Below, piece after piece: positions 15,582 to 24,818 of a stretch of DNA of 39,040 bases. This DNA is from a virus (Duplodnaviria; Caudoviricetes): the IMG/VR virus record IMGVR_UViG_3300037462_000308, positions 1 to 39,040 of that record. One strand, written 5' to 3'. A program made the position numbers and the translations under genes. Position 1 is the stretch's first letter, and every line of letters starts with the position of its first letter. The notes under the pieces are model-generated. The model saw only the letters and a list, made by a program, of their open reading frames with translations. It was not told the DNA's origin and searched no databases.

Positions 15582-17534
15582 ATGGACGGGATGCAGGCAG
15601 TGCGCCGGCCGATGCCGGCGCAGCGGCAGATGGCGCGCTTTGCGCCGGACACTTTCCGCGAAGCCGAGGGCCGCAACCTGGTTGAGGTGGTGGTGTCGGC
15701 CGGCTCGGCGGTCCCGCGCTTCGACTGGTGGACGGGCACGAACTATCGCGAAGAGCTCGAAATCAGCGAGCGCGCGATCCGGATGAACCGGATGGGCGCC
15801 GGCGCGCCGGTGCTCGCCGACCACGAGCAGAGCATCGAAGCCGTCGTCGGCGTCGTCGAGCGCGCCTGGATCGCCGGCGGCGAGCTGCGCGCAGAGCTGC
15901 GCTTCGCCGATGACGAGAAGGCGCAGGAAGTGGCGCGCCGCGTGCGCGACGGCATCCTGCGCAATGTCTCGGTCGGCTACATCGTCCATCGGTACGAGAT
16001 CGAGAAGCCGACCGACGGCACCATCGAGACCTGGCGTGCGACCGACTGGGAGCCCGCCGAAGTGAGCTTCGTCGCCATCCCGGCCGATCCGGTCGCGGGC
16101 ACGCGAGAGGCGCCGCGCATGAGCGCGTGCGAGTTCATCAACCGGGCCGCACCTGCAGCCCCCTTCCCGGAGGTCCGCATGGACAACCAGAACCCGGGCG
16201 CGCAGGCGCCCGTTCCCCCGGCCGCGTCCGCGGCGCCGGTCGACATCGACGCCGCGCGCCGCGAGGCACAGGAGCAGGAGCGCTCCCGCGTCCGTGGCAT
16301 CACCATGGCGGCCCGCGCGCTCGGCCTCGAGACCGAAGCCGACAAGCTGATCGCCGACGGCCTCGACCTGCCGGCCGCCCAGGCGCGCATGATCGAGCTC
16401 GTCGCCGCCCGGCAGGGTGAGCGGCCGAACCAGACGCCGATCCAGATCATCCGCGACGAAGGCGACACGGTCATGCGGGCCGTCGAGGGTGCGCTGGAAG
16501 CGCGCCTGGCGCACACCCGCTTCGATGGCCCGGCTGCCGAGTTCCGCGGCGCGACCCTGATCGACATGGGGCGGCGGCTGTTCGAGATCCGCGGCATCTC
16601 CACGAAGGGCTGGTCCCGTGCCGAGATTGCGCAGGCCATGCTCGGCCTGCCGGTCAACGGCCGCACGATGCAGACCACCAGCGACTTCGCGGCGCTTCTG
16701 GCCAACGTCCAGTCGAAGCGCCTGCTGGCGTCCTACGCCGCATCCGCGCGCACCTTCGAGGCCTGGACGGCGCGGCGCTCGCTGCCGGACTTCAAGACCA
16801 CGCAGGTCGTCGAGCTCGGCGCCGCGCCGGCGCTGCAGGCCTTGGCGGAAGGCGGCACGATCCAGCTCGGTGCCATGCAGGACGCCGGCGAGACCTACAA
16901 CCTGGTCCGTTACGCGCGGAACGTGTCGCTGTCCTATCCCGCGATCGTCAACGACGACCTGGGTGGCTTCGACCGGGTTCCGGCCGCGTTCGCGACCGCG
17001 GCGGCGAACCTCGAGAACCAGACCGTCTACGACATCCTCGCGACCAACGCGAACATGTCGGACGGCAACGCGCTGTTCTCGACCGCGCACACCAACACGT
17101 CGGCCCAGGGTACCACGACCGACGCGGTGTCGGCGATCCGCGCCCTGATCCTGCGCCAGACGGATCCGACTGGTCAGCGCATCATGGTCATGCCCGACGT
17201 GATCATCTGCCCCGTCGAGCTCGAGGGAACCTTCCGGGCGCTCTTCTCCGGCACGGTTGTCCCGGCAGGGGTCGCTACGACGGCCGTCAACCCCTGGCGC
17301 GACCAGTTCCGCGTCGTCGCGACCAACTTCCTCTCCGACACCAACGACTGGTTCATGACCGTGTCGCGCGGGTCGGGCTACGAGGCGGTCGAGGTCGGCT
17401 ACGAGGCCGGCAGCGAAGGGCCGCAGCTGACGTCCTTCACCAGCCCGGACGTCGACGGCGTGGTCTTCTCGTGCCGTCACTCCTTCGGCGCCAAGGCGGT
17501 GACCTGGCGCACCATCGCCCGCGCCACGGCCTGA
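15582..17534 (+). CDS. Fused prohead protease / scaffold / major capsid protein
   Basis: N-terminal PVLADH...NVSVGY...EVSFVAIPAD protease motifs; C-terminal TTSDF..LL..V..K.L, LPDFK, IVNDDLG capsid motifs. Confidence 0.92.
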   Translation: MDGMQAVRRPMPAQRQMARFAPDTFREAEGRNLVEVVVSAGSAVPRFDWWTGTNYREELEISERAIRMNRMGAGAPVLADHEQSIEAVVGVVERAWIAGGELRAELRFADDEKAQEVARRVRDGILRNVSVGYIVHRYEIEKPTDGTIETWRATDWEPAEVSFVAIPADPVAGTREAPRMSACEFINRAAPAAPFPEVRMDNQNPGAQAPVPPAASAAPVDIDAARREAQEQERSRVRGITMAARALGLETEADKLIADGLDLPAAQARMIELVAARQGERPNQTPIQIIRDEGDTVMRAVEGALEARLAHTRFDGPAAEFRGATLIDMGRRLFEIRGISTKGWSRAEIAQAMLGLPVNGRTMQTTSDFAALLANVQSKRLLASYAASARTFEAWTARRSLPDFKTTQVVELGAAPALQALAEGGTIQLGAMQDAGETYNLVRYARNVSLSYPAIVNDDLGGFDRVPAAFATAAANLENQTVYDILATNANMSDGNALFSTAHTNTSAQGTTTDAVSAIRALILRQTDPTGQRIMVMPDVIICPVELEGTFRALFSGTVVPAGVATTAVNPWRDQFRVVATNFLSDTNDWFMTVSRGSGYEAVEVGYEAGSEGPQLTSFTSPDVDGVVFSCRHSFGAKAVTWRTIARATA

Positions 17535-17557
17535 CGCAGGCTCATCCTGTCCACCCA

Positions 17558-17577
17558 GGGGCGCCGTAGGGCGCCCC
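17558..17577 (+). other. Intergenic hairpin after capsid gene
   Basis: GGGGCGCC-GTAG-GGCGCCCC. Confidence 0.5.
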
Positions 17578-17596
17578 GCTTCGATCGGAGGGCCTC

Positions 17597-17941
17597 ATGG
17601 CCGAGAACATCCTGGGCGCGGGTACGCGCATCACCGTCGTGGCGCCGAGCGGCGGCGTCACCAGCGGACAGTTCTTCAACGTCGGCAACGCCTTCGGCAT
17701 CGCGCTGGCAAGCGCTGCGTCGGGCGCGAACGTCGCGATGGCGACGGGCGTGGAATGCACGCTGCGCAAGCTGAACGGCGCCTCGACCAGCTACGCGCAG
17801 GGCGCGCTGCTGTACTGGGACGCCACGAACAGCAACGTCACGATCTCCGCGACGTCGAACCGCCTGATCGGCGTGGCGACGGTCGCCGGCGCGAACGCCG
17901 ACACGACGGCGACGGTGCGGCTGAACCCCGCCTTCACCTGA
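17597..17941 (+). CDS. DUF2190-like capsid cement/decoration protein
   Basis: APSGGVTSG...FGIA...QGALLYWD...LIGVA...VRLN pattern; directly after fused capsid gene. Confidence 0.85.
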   Translation: MAENILGAGTRITVVAPSGGVTSGQFFNVGNAFGIALASAASGANVAMATGVECTLRKLNGASTSYAQGALLYWDATNSNVTISATSNRLIGVATVAGANADTTATVRLNPAFT

Positions 17942-17983
17942 CCGGGATCCGGCCTGGCAGCCGGACAGTACCGCGCGCGCGTA

Positions 17984-18013
17984 GAGGGGAGGGGGTGCCA
18001 GACCCCTCCCCTC
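17984..18013 (+). terminator. Strong GC hairpin between capsid genes and glycosyltransferase (attenuator or stabiliser; no U-tract)
   Basis: GAGGGGAGGGG-GTGCCAGA-CCCCTCCCCTC. Confidence 0.45.
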
Positions 18014-18033
18014 GCTCCCTGGCAGGAGATCCC

Positions 18034-18852
18034 ATGGCACACGATCCCGCGGCGCCGGCGCGCCGCCTGTCCCCGCATGTCCCGGAGTTCCAGGGCACCA
18101 TCCAGACAAAGGGCGTGCTCTTCGGCGTGCCGTGCTACGGCGGGCAGATATTCGACGCCTGCATGCAGGGGCTGCTCGATACCCAGAAGGAGTTCCTCAG
18201 GCTGGGGATCTCGTTCAACCTGGTTACCATCAGGAACGAAAGCCTGATCCCGCGCGGCCGCAACGGCATCGTGCAGCACTTCCTGGCGTCCGGCTGCGAC
18301 CGCCTCTTCTTCATCGACGCCGACATCGGCTTCGACGCGCAGCAGGTGCTGCGGATCCTGGCGCACGACCGCGATGTCGTCGCCGGCCTGTACCGGAAAA
18401 AGCGCCTTGAGACGGTCGACTTCGCCGTCAACTGGCTGCCGAGCCCGGACGGCAAGGCGAACCGCGATCCGGCGACCGGCGCAATCGAAGCGCGCCATCT
18501 CGCGACTGGCTTCCTGTGCATCAAGCGCGGCGTCATCGAGACCATGTGCGCCGCATATCCGCATCTTCGGTATCGGGCGCACGCCTCCGAGCGGGAGGCT
18601 GGCCGTCTGCCGGAGTTCGGGCACGCGCTGTTCGCCACCTACATCGACCCGGTGACCCTCGAGGATCTGTCCGAGGACTGGGCCTTCTGCATGCGCTGGC
18701 GAGCGCTCGGCGGGCAGGTCTGGGCCGACCCGGGCGTGATCCTCGAGCACTACGGCACGGTTCCGCTCTCGGCCGATCCGATGGAGCACATCGCCGGCGG
18801 CGCTGCTCTCGCCGACCTGCGCGCCCAGGGCGCGCATCCGCGGGGGGGCTGA
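18034..18852 (+). CDS. GT-A fold (GT2-like) glycosyltransferase
   Basis: GVPCYGG, NESLIPRGRN, LFFIDADI (DxD), ATGFLCIKR, LSEDWAFC, WADP..LEHYG; AGGAG RBS. Confidence 0.85.
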   Translation: MAHDPAAPARRLSPHVPEFQGTIQTKGVLFGVPCYGGQIFDACMQGLLDTQKEFLRLGISFNLVTIRNESLIPRGRNGIVQHFLASGCDRLFFIDADIGFDAQQVLRILAHDRDVVAGLYRKKRLETVDFAVNWLPSPDGKANRDPATGAIEARHLATGFLCIKRGVIETMCAAYPHLRYRAHASEREAGRLPEFGHALFATYIDPVTLEDLSEDWAFCMRWRALGGQVWADPGVILEHYGTVPLSADPMEHIAGGAALADLRAQGAHPRGG

Positions 18853-18855
18853 GCC

Positions 18856-19395
18856 GTGCAGGTGCTCCTGGGCTGTGGCCATTCGCGCGAGCGCAAGCTC
18901 TCGCTCGACGGCAATCATGCGTTCGGGCCTGGCCTCGTGACGCTGGACATGAACCCGGAGGTCAAGCCGGACATCGTCCACCACATGGGCACCGAGCTGC
19001 CCTTCGACGACGACGCTGCCGACGAGATCCACGCCTATGACGTGCTCGAGCACACGGGCCAGCAAGGCGATTGGATGTTCTTCTTCGCCCAGTGGATGAC
19101 CTTCTGGCGCGTGCTGAAGCCGGGCGGCCTGTTCTTCGCGCTGGTGCCGCGCGCTGACCGTCCCTGGGCCTGGGCGGATCCTGGGCACACCCGGGTGATC
19201 CTGCCGGAGACGCTGACCTTCCTGCACCAGCCCAACTACACCGCCGAATGCCGGCCGGGCGGGACCAACCGGACGGACTACAGGCGCTGGTTCCGCGGAG
19301 ACTTCGACCTCGTCGCCCACGACATCGGCGAGGTGCAGTTCGCCTTCGTGCTGCGCGCCGTAAAGCCCAGCCGCATCACCGTACCGGAGCGCTGA
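18856..19395 (+). CDS. Class I SAM-dependent methyltransferase
   Basis: LLGCG motif I, TLDMN, LPFDDDAADEIHAYDVLEH, WRVLKPGG, AWADPGH. Confidence 0.88.
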   Translation: MQVLLGCGHSRERKLSLDGNHAFGPGLVTLDMNPEVKPDIVHHMGTELPFDDDAADEIHAYDVLEHTGQQGDWMFFFAQWMTFWRVLKPGGLFFALVPRADRPWAWADPGHTRVILPETLTFLHQPNYTAECRPGGTNRTDYRRWFRGDFDLVAHDIGEVQFAFVLRAVKPSRITVPER

Positions 19396-19397
19396 CC

Positions 19398-19700
19398 ATG
19401 GTCGACTGGGCCGCCGCCGACGCCATCATCCAGCGGACCTTCGGCGAAGAGGTTGGCTGGCGGGTCGGCGGTCAGGGCCCGGCCACGACTATCCTCGCGA
19501 TTTTCAGCGAGCCCGACGCCGAGGTGACCATGTTCCGGCAGACCGTGAGGGTGCCGAGCATGGTCGCCAGCGTCGACGCCTCTCTCGGGGTGGCGATCGA
19601 CGACACCCTGCAGCGCGGCGTCGTGCAGTACATCGTGCGCGCGGTCGACCGCGACGTGCAGCTGCGCATGGCGCGGCTCAGCCTGGATCCGACGGCGTGA
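19398..19700 (+). CDS. Head-tail joining (gpFII-like) protein
   Basis: 100 aa beta-rich; TFGEEV...IDDTLQRG..YIVRAV; position in module. Confidence 0.7.
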   Translation: MVDWAAADAIIQRTFGEEVGWRVGGQGPATTILAIFSEPDAEVTMFRQTVRVPSMVASVDASLGVAIDDTLQRGVVQYIVRAVDRDVQLRMARLSLDPTA

Positions 19701-20386
19701 GGCTGACGGCAGACTTCGGCGACCTGCGGAAGGTCGTCGCTTCCGTCTATGTCGACGGCGAGGCGGCAGCGACCGCGGCGGTGCAGGTCGCTGGGCGTGC
19801 AACGCAGCAGGAGCTCCGCGGCCAGGTGATTGGCACGCTCGGCGGCAACGCCCGGGGCATCGCCAATGCGTGGCGGGTGCGTACCTTCCCGACGCAGCCA
19901 AGCCTCGGGGCCGCCGCGCTGGTGTGGAGCCGGGCGCCGGACATCGTCGAGGCCTTCGACCGGGGCGTCACGATCCGCGCCAAGGGGGGCGGATGGCTGG
20001 CGATACCGACGCCGGCAGCCCAGCGTTTGCGGGGGGCAGGGGGCACGCGCGGGGGGCGCGTGACCCCCGCGGCCTTCGAGCGGGCGACCGGATCGAAGCT
20101 CGACCTCGTCTACACGCAGCGCAACGTGGCCTTGCTCATCACCCGCGGCCGGTTCGGCGGCGGCGGTCGGCGCTTTCAGGGCTCGTTCCGGGCGACGGAT
20201 CGGCAGCTGCGCAACTGGAACCGTCGACGCGAGGAGCGATTCCTCGTCGCCTTCGTGCTGGTGCCGATCGTGCGGCTGAACAAACGCCTCGACTTGGCGG
20301 GCGCGGCGCAGCGCGGCCTTGAACGGCTTGCCGGCGCGCTGGTCAGCAACTGGCGGGACACCCCGAACAACGGCAGGCAGGCATGA
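19697..20386 (+). CDS. Neck/tail completion protein (DUF6441-like)
   Basis: Basic protein with LVWSRAP...GVTIRAK..WLAIPT; position. Confidence 0.7.
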   Translation: MRLTADFGDLRKVVASVYVDGEAAATAAVQVAGRATQQELRGQVIGTLGGNARGIANAWRVRTFPTQPSLGAAALVWSRAPDIVEAFDRGVTIRAKGGGWLAIPTPAAQRLRGAGGTRGGRVTPAAFERATGSKLDLVYTQRNVALLITRGRFGGGGRRFQGSFRATDRQLRNWNRRREERFLVAFVLVPIVRLNKRLDLAGAAQRGLERLAGALVSNWRDTPNNGRQA

Positions 20387-20817
20387 GCGCGCGGGAAACG
20401 GCGATCCAGGCGCTGCAGGCGGCAATCGCGGCCGCGGTGGCGCCGGTGCAGGTTGTGCGAGACGCGACGCGCCCCGAGAAGCTGCCGGCGGCGGGCCTCG
20501 TGCTGCTGCGGACAGGCGAGACGCAGTCGGCCGAGGCGATGATGTCGCCCCTGCAGTACGCAGTCGAGCATCAGGCAGAGATGATTGCCTGGTACTCCGA
20601 CGCCGACCCGACCGCGCGCGCCGAGGCGATCGACGACATGTTGACGGCCGTGGTCGCCGCGCTGGCAAGCAATCGAACGCTCGGCGGCGCTGTCGAATGG
20701 GCGCAGCCCGGCTCGCCCGCGGCCGAGGTCGACGACACCGAAGGCACGACGCCGGTCGGGGCGATGTCGCTGCCCATAACCCTCTACTTCACCGCCGCCG
20801 AGAGCCCGGCGGGCTGA
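20383..20817 (+). CDS. Tail terminator protein
   Basis: MSARETAIQAL...NRTLGGAVEW...ITLYF; directly before the tail tube. Confidence 0.75.
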   Translation: MSARETAIQALQAAIAAAVAPVQVVRDATRPEKLPAAGLVLLRTGETQSAEAMMSPLQYAVEHQAEMIAWYSDADPTARAEAIDDMLTAVVAALASNRTLGGAVEWAQPGSPAAEVDDTEGTTPVGAMSLPITLYFTAAESPAG

Positions 20818-20833
20818 CGCAGGAGCCGAAGAC

Positions 20834-21793
20834 ATGACGCGAGCGGTCGGTGCGAGCACGAAGCTCTACCTCCTGAAGGAAGCGACCTACGGGACGCAGG
20901 CGAGCGGCAATTACCACCAGCTCGGGTTCTTCTCGGCGGAAATGGGCGTCTCCCAGCCGCTCGAAGACGTGCCGGTCTTGGGCACGGGCGCGAACCGTGA
21001 TCCCGGCGACCCGTTCTACGGTCAGATCGACAGCGCCGGCACGATCGAGATCCCCGTGAACCTGGCCGGTATCGGCCAGTGGCTCCGCCTGCTCTTCGGC
21101 GCGCCGACCACGTCGGGCTCGTCGGACTACACGCACCACTTCGACAGCGGCGCGGCGACGCTGCCGAGCGCATCGATCGTGCTGGACTATGGCTCGGTGA
21201 TCACCGACCGCTACGGCATCAACCTCGGCGTGCGCGCGGACAGCATCACGATGAATTTCGCGCCGGCCGGCGCTGCCCGTGCGCAGATCCGGCTGATCGG
21301 CCAGGGCGAGACGCGCGGCGCGACGCCGGGCACCGGCACGCCTGCGCTGCTCGCCGGGACAAACTTCAACCAGTTCCAAGGCAGCATCAGCCGGAACGCT
21401 TCCGCCCTGGCGCAGGTGACCGCCGCGACCCTGACCTACTCGAACGGCCTTGAAGCGATCCGAACCATCCGCAACGACCGCAAGATCGAAAGCGCGGATC
21501 CTGGCGTGCCGTCGGCGACCGGCACGATCACGCTGCGCTACGCGAACACGACCGACGCTCTGAAGGATGATGCGATCGCGGGCACGCCTTGCGAGCTCGA
21601 CTTCGCCTACATCATCAGCGCGACACAGCGCCTCACCTTCAATCTGCCGCGGGTCTTCATCGAAGACTTCAAGACGCCCATCAGCGGGCCGAACGGCATC
21701 GAAGTCCAGGCCGCCTTCCGCGCGGCCTACGACGCGACCGACACACGCATGCTGCGCGCGACGCTGCTGAACCAGACGGCCAGCTACGCATGA
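20834..21793 (+). CDS. Major tail tube protein
   Basis: KEATYG, GANRDP, KTPISGPNGIEVQAAFRAA; 319 aa; position. Confidence 0.85.
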   Translation: MTRAVGASTKLYLLKEATYGTQASGNYHQLGFFSAEMGVSQPLEDVPVLGTGANRDPGDPFYGQIDSAGTIEIPVNLAGIGQWLRLLFGAPTTSGSSDYTHHFDSGAATLPSASIVLDYGSVITDRYGINLGVRADSITMNFAPAGAARAQIRLIGQGETRGATPGTGTPALLAGTNFNQFQGSISRNASALAQVTAATLTYSNGLEAIRTIRNDRKIESADPGVPSATGTITLRYANTTDALKDDAIAGTPCELDFAYIISATQRLTFNLPRVFIEDFKTPISGPNGIEVQAAFRAAYDATDTRMLRATLLNQTASYA

Positions 21794-22206
21794 TCCGCCT
21801 CGGCATGCCGCGGGAGCCACGCTGGATCGACCTCCCGATGGGCGTTCGGCTCAAGGTGCGGCCGCTCGTCACCGCGCTCATGCAGGCGGCCAAGTTCCGC
21901 GCCGAGCGGGAGTACCGCGCCGCCGCGGACGCATGGAAGGCCGCCGCTGAAGCCGGCCTGGCCGACGGCATGGCGCCGCTCGACACGGACGACCGCAAGG
22001 CAGCACTGCTGTTCTCGTTCACCGTGAACGAGATCGCGCGGGAGTGCGTGCTCGACTGGGAGGGCGTCGGCAACCTTGAGGGTGAGCCGATCGCCTTCAC
22101 CGCGGACGGCCTGCCCGAGCTCATGAGCCACAACGGCGTGGCTGAGGCCTTCTGGTCGGCGATCACCTCCGCCGCGGCCGCGGTGACCGCCGAGGGAAAC
22201 GGCTAA
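21790..22206 (+). CDS. Tail assembly chaperone (gpG-like)
   Basis: WIDL..GVRLKVRP and LDWEGVGN motifs; ends at slippery GGGAAAC. Confidence 0.8.
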   Translation: MIRLGMPREPRWIDLPMGVRLKVRPLVTALMQAAKFRAEREYRAAADAWKAAAEAGLADGMAPLDTDDRKAALLFSFTVNEIARECVLDWEGVGNLEGEPIAFTADGLPELMSHNGVAEAFWSAITSAAAAVTAEGNG

Positions 22207-22526
22207 GGGCTCGCGCCGAGTGGCACTACGGCGGCGGGCCTTCCTACTGCCAGGGCTGCGGGCCCACAGGCTGCCTAAAGTGCCCCTATGACGAGCACGC
22301 CCCGCACACCCCGGACGGCGTGGCGGCCTGGGAGGCAGCAATCGCCTGTGCGTGGGTCGATGGCATGGGCGGCGCGCGGGTGGACATTGCCGCCGCAATG
22401 GCGGCGGCTCAGGCGCTGGGCTGCGATGCTGAGGCGGCAGCGCCCCTCGTGATGTGCGTCGCGACTGGCATGCGCGTCGCGCTGGCGAAGAGACGGGAAG
22501 GGGAGCAGGATGAGCGGGACGGTTAA
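22194..22526 (+). CDS. -1 frameshift extension of tail chaperone (gpT-like)
   Basis: -1 frame open from GGGAAAC (22194-22200) to 22526: RLRARAEWHYGGGPSYCQGCGPTGCLKCPY... Confidence 0.78.
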   Translation, partial: GKRLRARAEWHYGGGPSYCQGCGPTGCLKCPYDEHAPHTPDGVAAWEAAIACAWVDGMGGARVDIAAAMAAAQALGCDAEAAAPLVMCVATGMRVALAKRREGEQDERDG

Positions 22527-24204
22527 GCGCGTCGCTGTCCGGCTTGCCCTCGAGGGCGCCGATACCGTTCGGACCCAGCTGACGGCGGTGGGCGAAGCGG
22601 GCAACCGCTCGATGGCTTCCGTCGGCAATGCGACGAACCAGGCGACGCAGCAGACCGGCAGGTTCAACCAGGCGGTTGTCCAGGGCGGCTTCCAGCTGCA
22701 GGACTTTGCCGTGCAGGTGCAGGGCGGCACCTCGGCGCTGACCGCGCTGGCGCAGCAGGGCAGCCAGTTCCTCGGCATCTTCGGGCCAGGCGGCGCGATC
22801 GCCGGCGCCGTGCTCGCTGTCGGCGCCCTGGCCGCGTCCTTCCTCACCCTCGGCGACAGCGCCGAGCGCGAGCAGAAGCGCGTCGAAGCCAATTTCCGCG
22901 GCATGCAGCAGGCGGGCGAAGACGTCGCCCGCGTCATCCGCGAGATCAACCAGCTGTTTCTGACCGCGAGCGAGCGCAGCGCGGCGGCTGCAAACGCGCA
23001 GCGGCAGCAGCTGGCCGAGGATGCGCGCCGCCTCCTCGACATCACGACGCAGCGGAACGAGGGGAACGCGCTTGAGGCGGTCGATGCGCGCCGCGAGGTC
23101 GATCGGCGCCAGCGCGCGCTGACCGCCATCGAGGCCGCGAACCGGCGCGCCGGCCGCGACATCAACCCTGGGGCAACAGCGGCAGCAACTGCGGCGCTCG
23201 GAGCCGCCGAGGCGCGTGTCGCGGAAATCGAGCGCGACATCGGCCGCCAGAGTGCCAGGCTGGGCGAGCTTAGCGCAGCGCTGCGGCGTGCAGAGAACGC
23301 TGGCGTGGCCGGACCGGAAGAGTTCGGCCCGCCCGCGCCCGACCGGCCCCGCCGCGATGCTGCAGGGGCGGCTGCGGCGCGACGTCTGACGACGGCGGAG
23401 AACCGCGAGCTCAACGACGCCATCCGCGACCGCGACCAGCTGCTGCGCAGCATCGAGAGCCCCCAGGAGCGCTACAATCGGCGGCTCGAAGAGCTCGAAG
23501 CGATCCAGCTGCGCCTGGCTGAGAGCGGGAAGGCGCTCAACGACGAGCAGCTGTCGCGGGTGCGCGAGGGGCTGCAGCGCGAGCTCGACGTGGCCAATCG
23601 GCGCGGCGAGGAAGTCGACAAGACGGGCCGCGAGCTAGGGCTGACCTTTAGTTCCGCCTTCGAAGACGCGATCGTGAAGGGCAAGGAGTTCAGCGAGGTA
23701 CTGCAGGGCATCCAGGCGGATCTCGCCCGGATCATCGTGCGGCGCGCGATCACCGAGCCGCTGGCTAACGCTGTCGGCGGCATCAACTTCGGAAATGTCT
23801 TCGGCTCGTTCTTCAGCGGCCTTTTCGGCGGCGGTGCAACGGCCAGCGCCAATGGAAACGTCTTTGCTGGAGGCAATGTCGTCGCCTTCGCCCGTGGCGG
23901 CGTAGTCGGCGGGCCGACCTTCTTCCCGATGGCTAGCGGTGGCGTCGGTTTGATGGGCGAGGCCGGGCCGGAGGCGATCATGCCGCTCGGTCGCGATAGC
24001 TCCGGACGGCTGGGCGTGCGCGCGCAGGGGGGCGGCATGACCGTCAACCAGAATTTCAGCATTGACGCCCGCGGCGCCGACGCCGGCGTCGACGCGCGCA
24101 TTCGCGCGGGCATTGCGATCGCGGTGGAGCAGGCGAATCAGAAGCTGCTGGCGCAGATCAACCGCGGCGGCAACGTGTCAAAGACGGTGGGGCGGCGCGC
24201 GTGA
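22510..24204 (+). CDS. Tape measure protein (564 aa)
   Basis: GFQLQDFAVQVQGG...QQGSQ N-terminal motif; helical Ala/Arg-rich core; C-terminal FARGGVV..PT.F...GLMGEAGPEAIMPL. Confidence 0.92.
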   Translation: MSGTVKRVAVRLALEGADTVRTQLTAVGEAGNRSMASVGNATNQATQQTGRFNQAVVQGGFQLQDFAVQVQGGTSALTALAQQGSQFLGIFGPGGAIAGAVLAVGALAASFLTLGDSAEREQKRVEANFRGMQQAGEDVARVIREINQLFLTASERSAAAANAQRQQLAEDARRLLDITTQRNEGNALEAVDARREVDRRQRALTAIEAANRRAGRDINPGATAAATAALGAAEARVAEIERDIGRQSARLGELSAALRRAENAGVAGPEEFGPPAPDRPRRDAAGAAAARRLTTAENRELNDAIRDRDQLLRSIESPQERYNRRLEELEAIQLRLAESGKALNDEQLSRVREGLQRELDVANRRGEEVDKTGRELGLTFSSAFEDAIVKGKEFSEVLQGIQADLARIIVRRAITEPLANAVGGINFGNVFGSFFSGLFGGGATASANGNVFAGGNVVAFARGGVVGGPTFFPMASGGVGLMGEAGPEAIMPLGRDSSGRLGVRAQGGGMTVNQNFSIDARGADAGVDARIRAGIAIAVEQANQKLLAQINRGGNVSKTVGRRA

Positions 24205-24818
24205 CGATCCTGACCTTCCCGACCATCCGGCGGCCGTCGCGCGCATCTTACCGCATGCGAGGCAACACGCAGTCGCACCGCAGCCCGCTCGACGGGACGG
24301 AGCAGACGCTCGAGATGCCCGGCGCCGTCTGGGAGCTGACCGTGTCCTGGGAATCGCTCGACGCTACTGACACCCGCGTTCTCGCGGCGTTTCTGGCGCA
24401 GCTGCGGGGCGCGGCCGGGCGCTTCTACTACTCCCCGGCGGCCTGGTCGCCGCGGCGCGCGGCTGGTGGTGGCTCTCCGCTGGTGAACGGCGCGGCTCAG
24501 TCGGGCGCATCGCTGATCACCGACGGCTGGACGCCCAGCGGGCAGGTGGCGCTCGCCGGGGACTGGCTGTCCTTCGATGACGCGCTCGGCCGGAGGCGCC
24601 TGCACATGGCGACGGGCACGGCGACGGCCAACGGCAGCGGGCAGGCGACCATCGCCATCACGCCGCCGATCCGGCGCGCACCGTCCGACAATGCCGTGGT
24701 CGAGGTGGCATCGCCGACCGGCGTGTTCCGGCTGCCGTCCGACGACGCGCCAGAGATGCAGCTTCGACCGCCGCTGCTGGGCTCCCTAACGCTGACCATG
24801 GTGGAGGCGCTCGTATGA
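24201..24818 (+). CDS. Distal tail protein
   Basis: Position after tape measure; SPLDG..Q...PG..W, AFLAQLRG, ITPPIR. Confidence 0.7.
   Translation: MTILTFPTIRRPSRASYRMRGNTQSHRSPLDGTEQTLEMPGAVWELTVSWESLDATDTRVLAAFLAQLRGAAGRFYYSPAAWSPRRAAGGGSPLVNGAAQSGASLITDGWTPSGQVALAGDWLSFDDALGRRRLHMATGTATANGSGQATIAITPPIRRAPSDNAVVEVASPTGVFRLPSDDAPEMQLRPPLLGSLTLTMVEALV

Noticed and set aside
18856-19395. Methyltransferase as a DNA methyltransferase
   Set aside because: Lacks DPPY/NPPY or PC catalytic motifs; short small-molecule/glycan-type architecture
8332-20668. Many long minus-strand ORFs (8332..10050, 13963..15579, 15576..17480, 17791..19320, 19472..20668)
   Set aside because: Arg/Gly-rich shadow frames opposite clear phage genes
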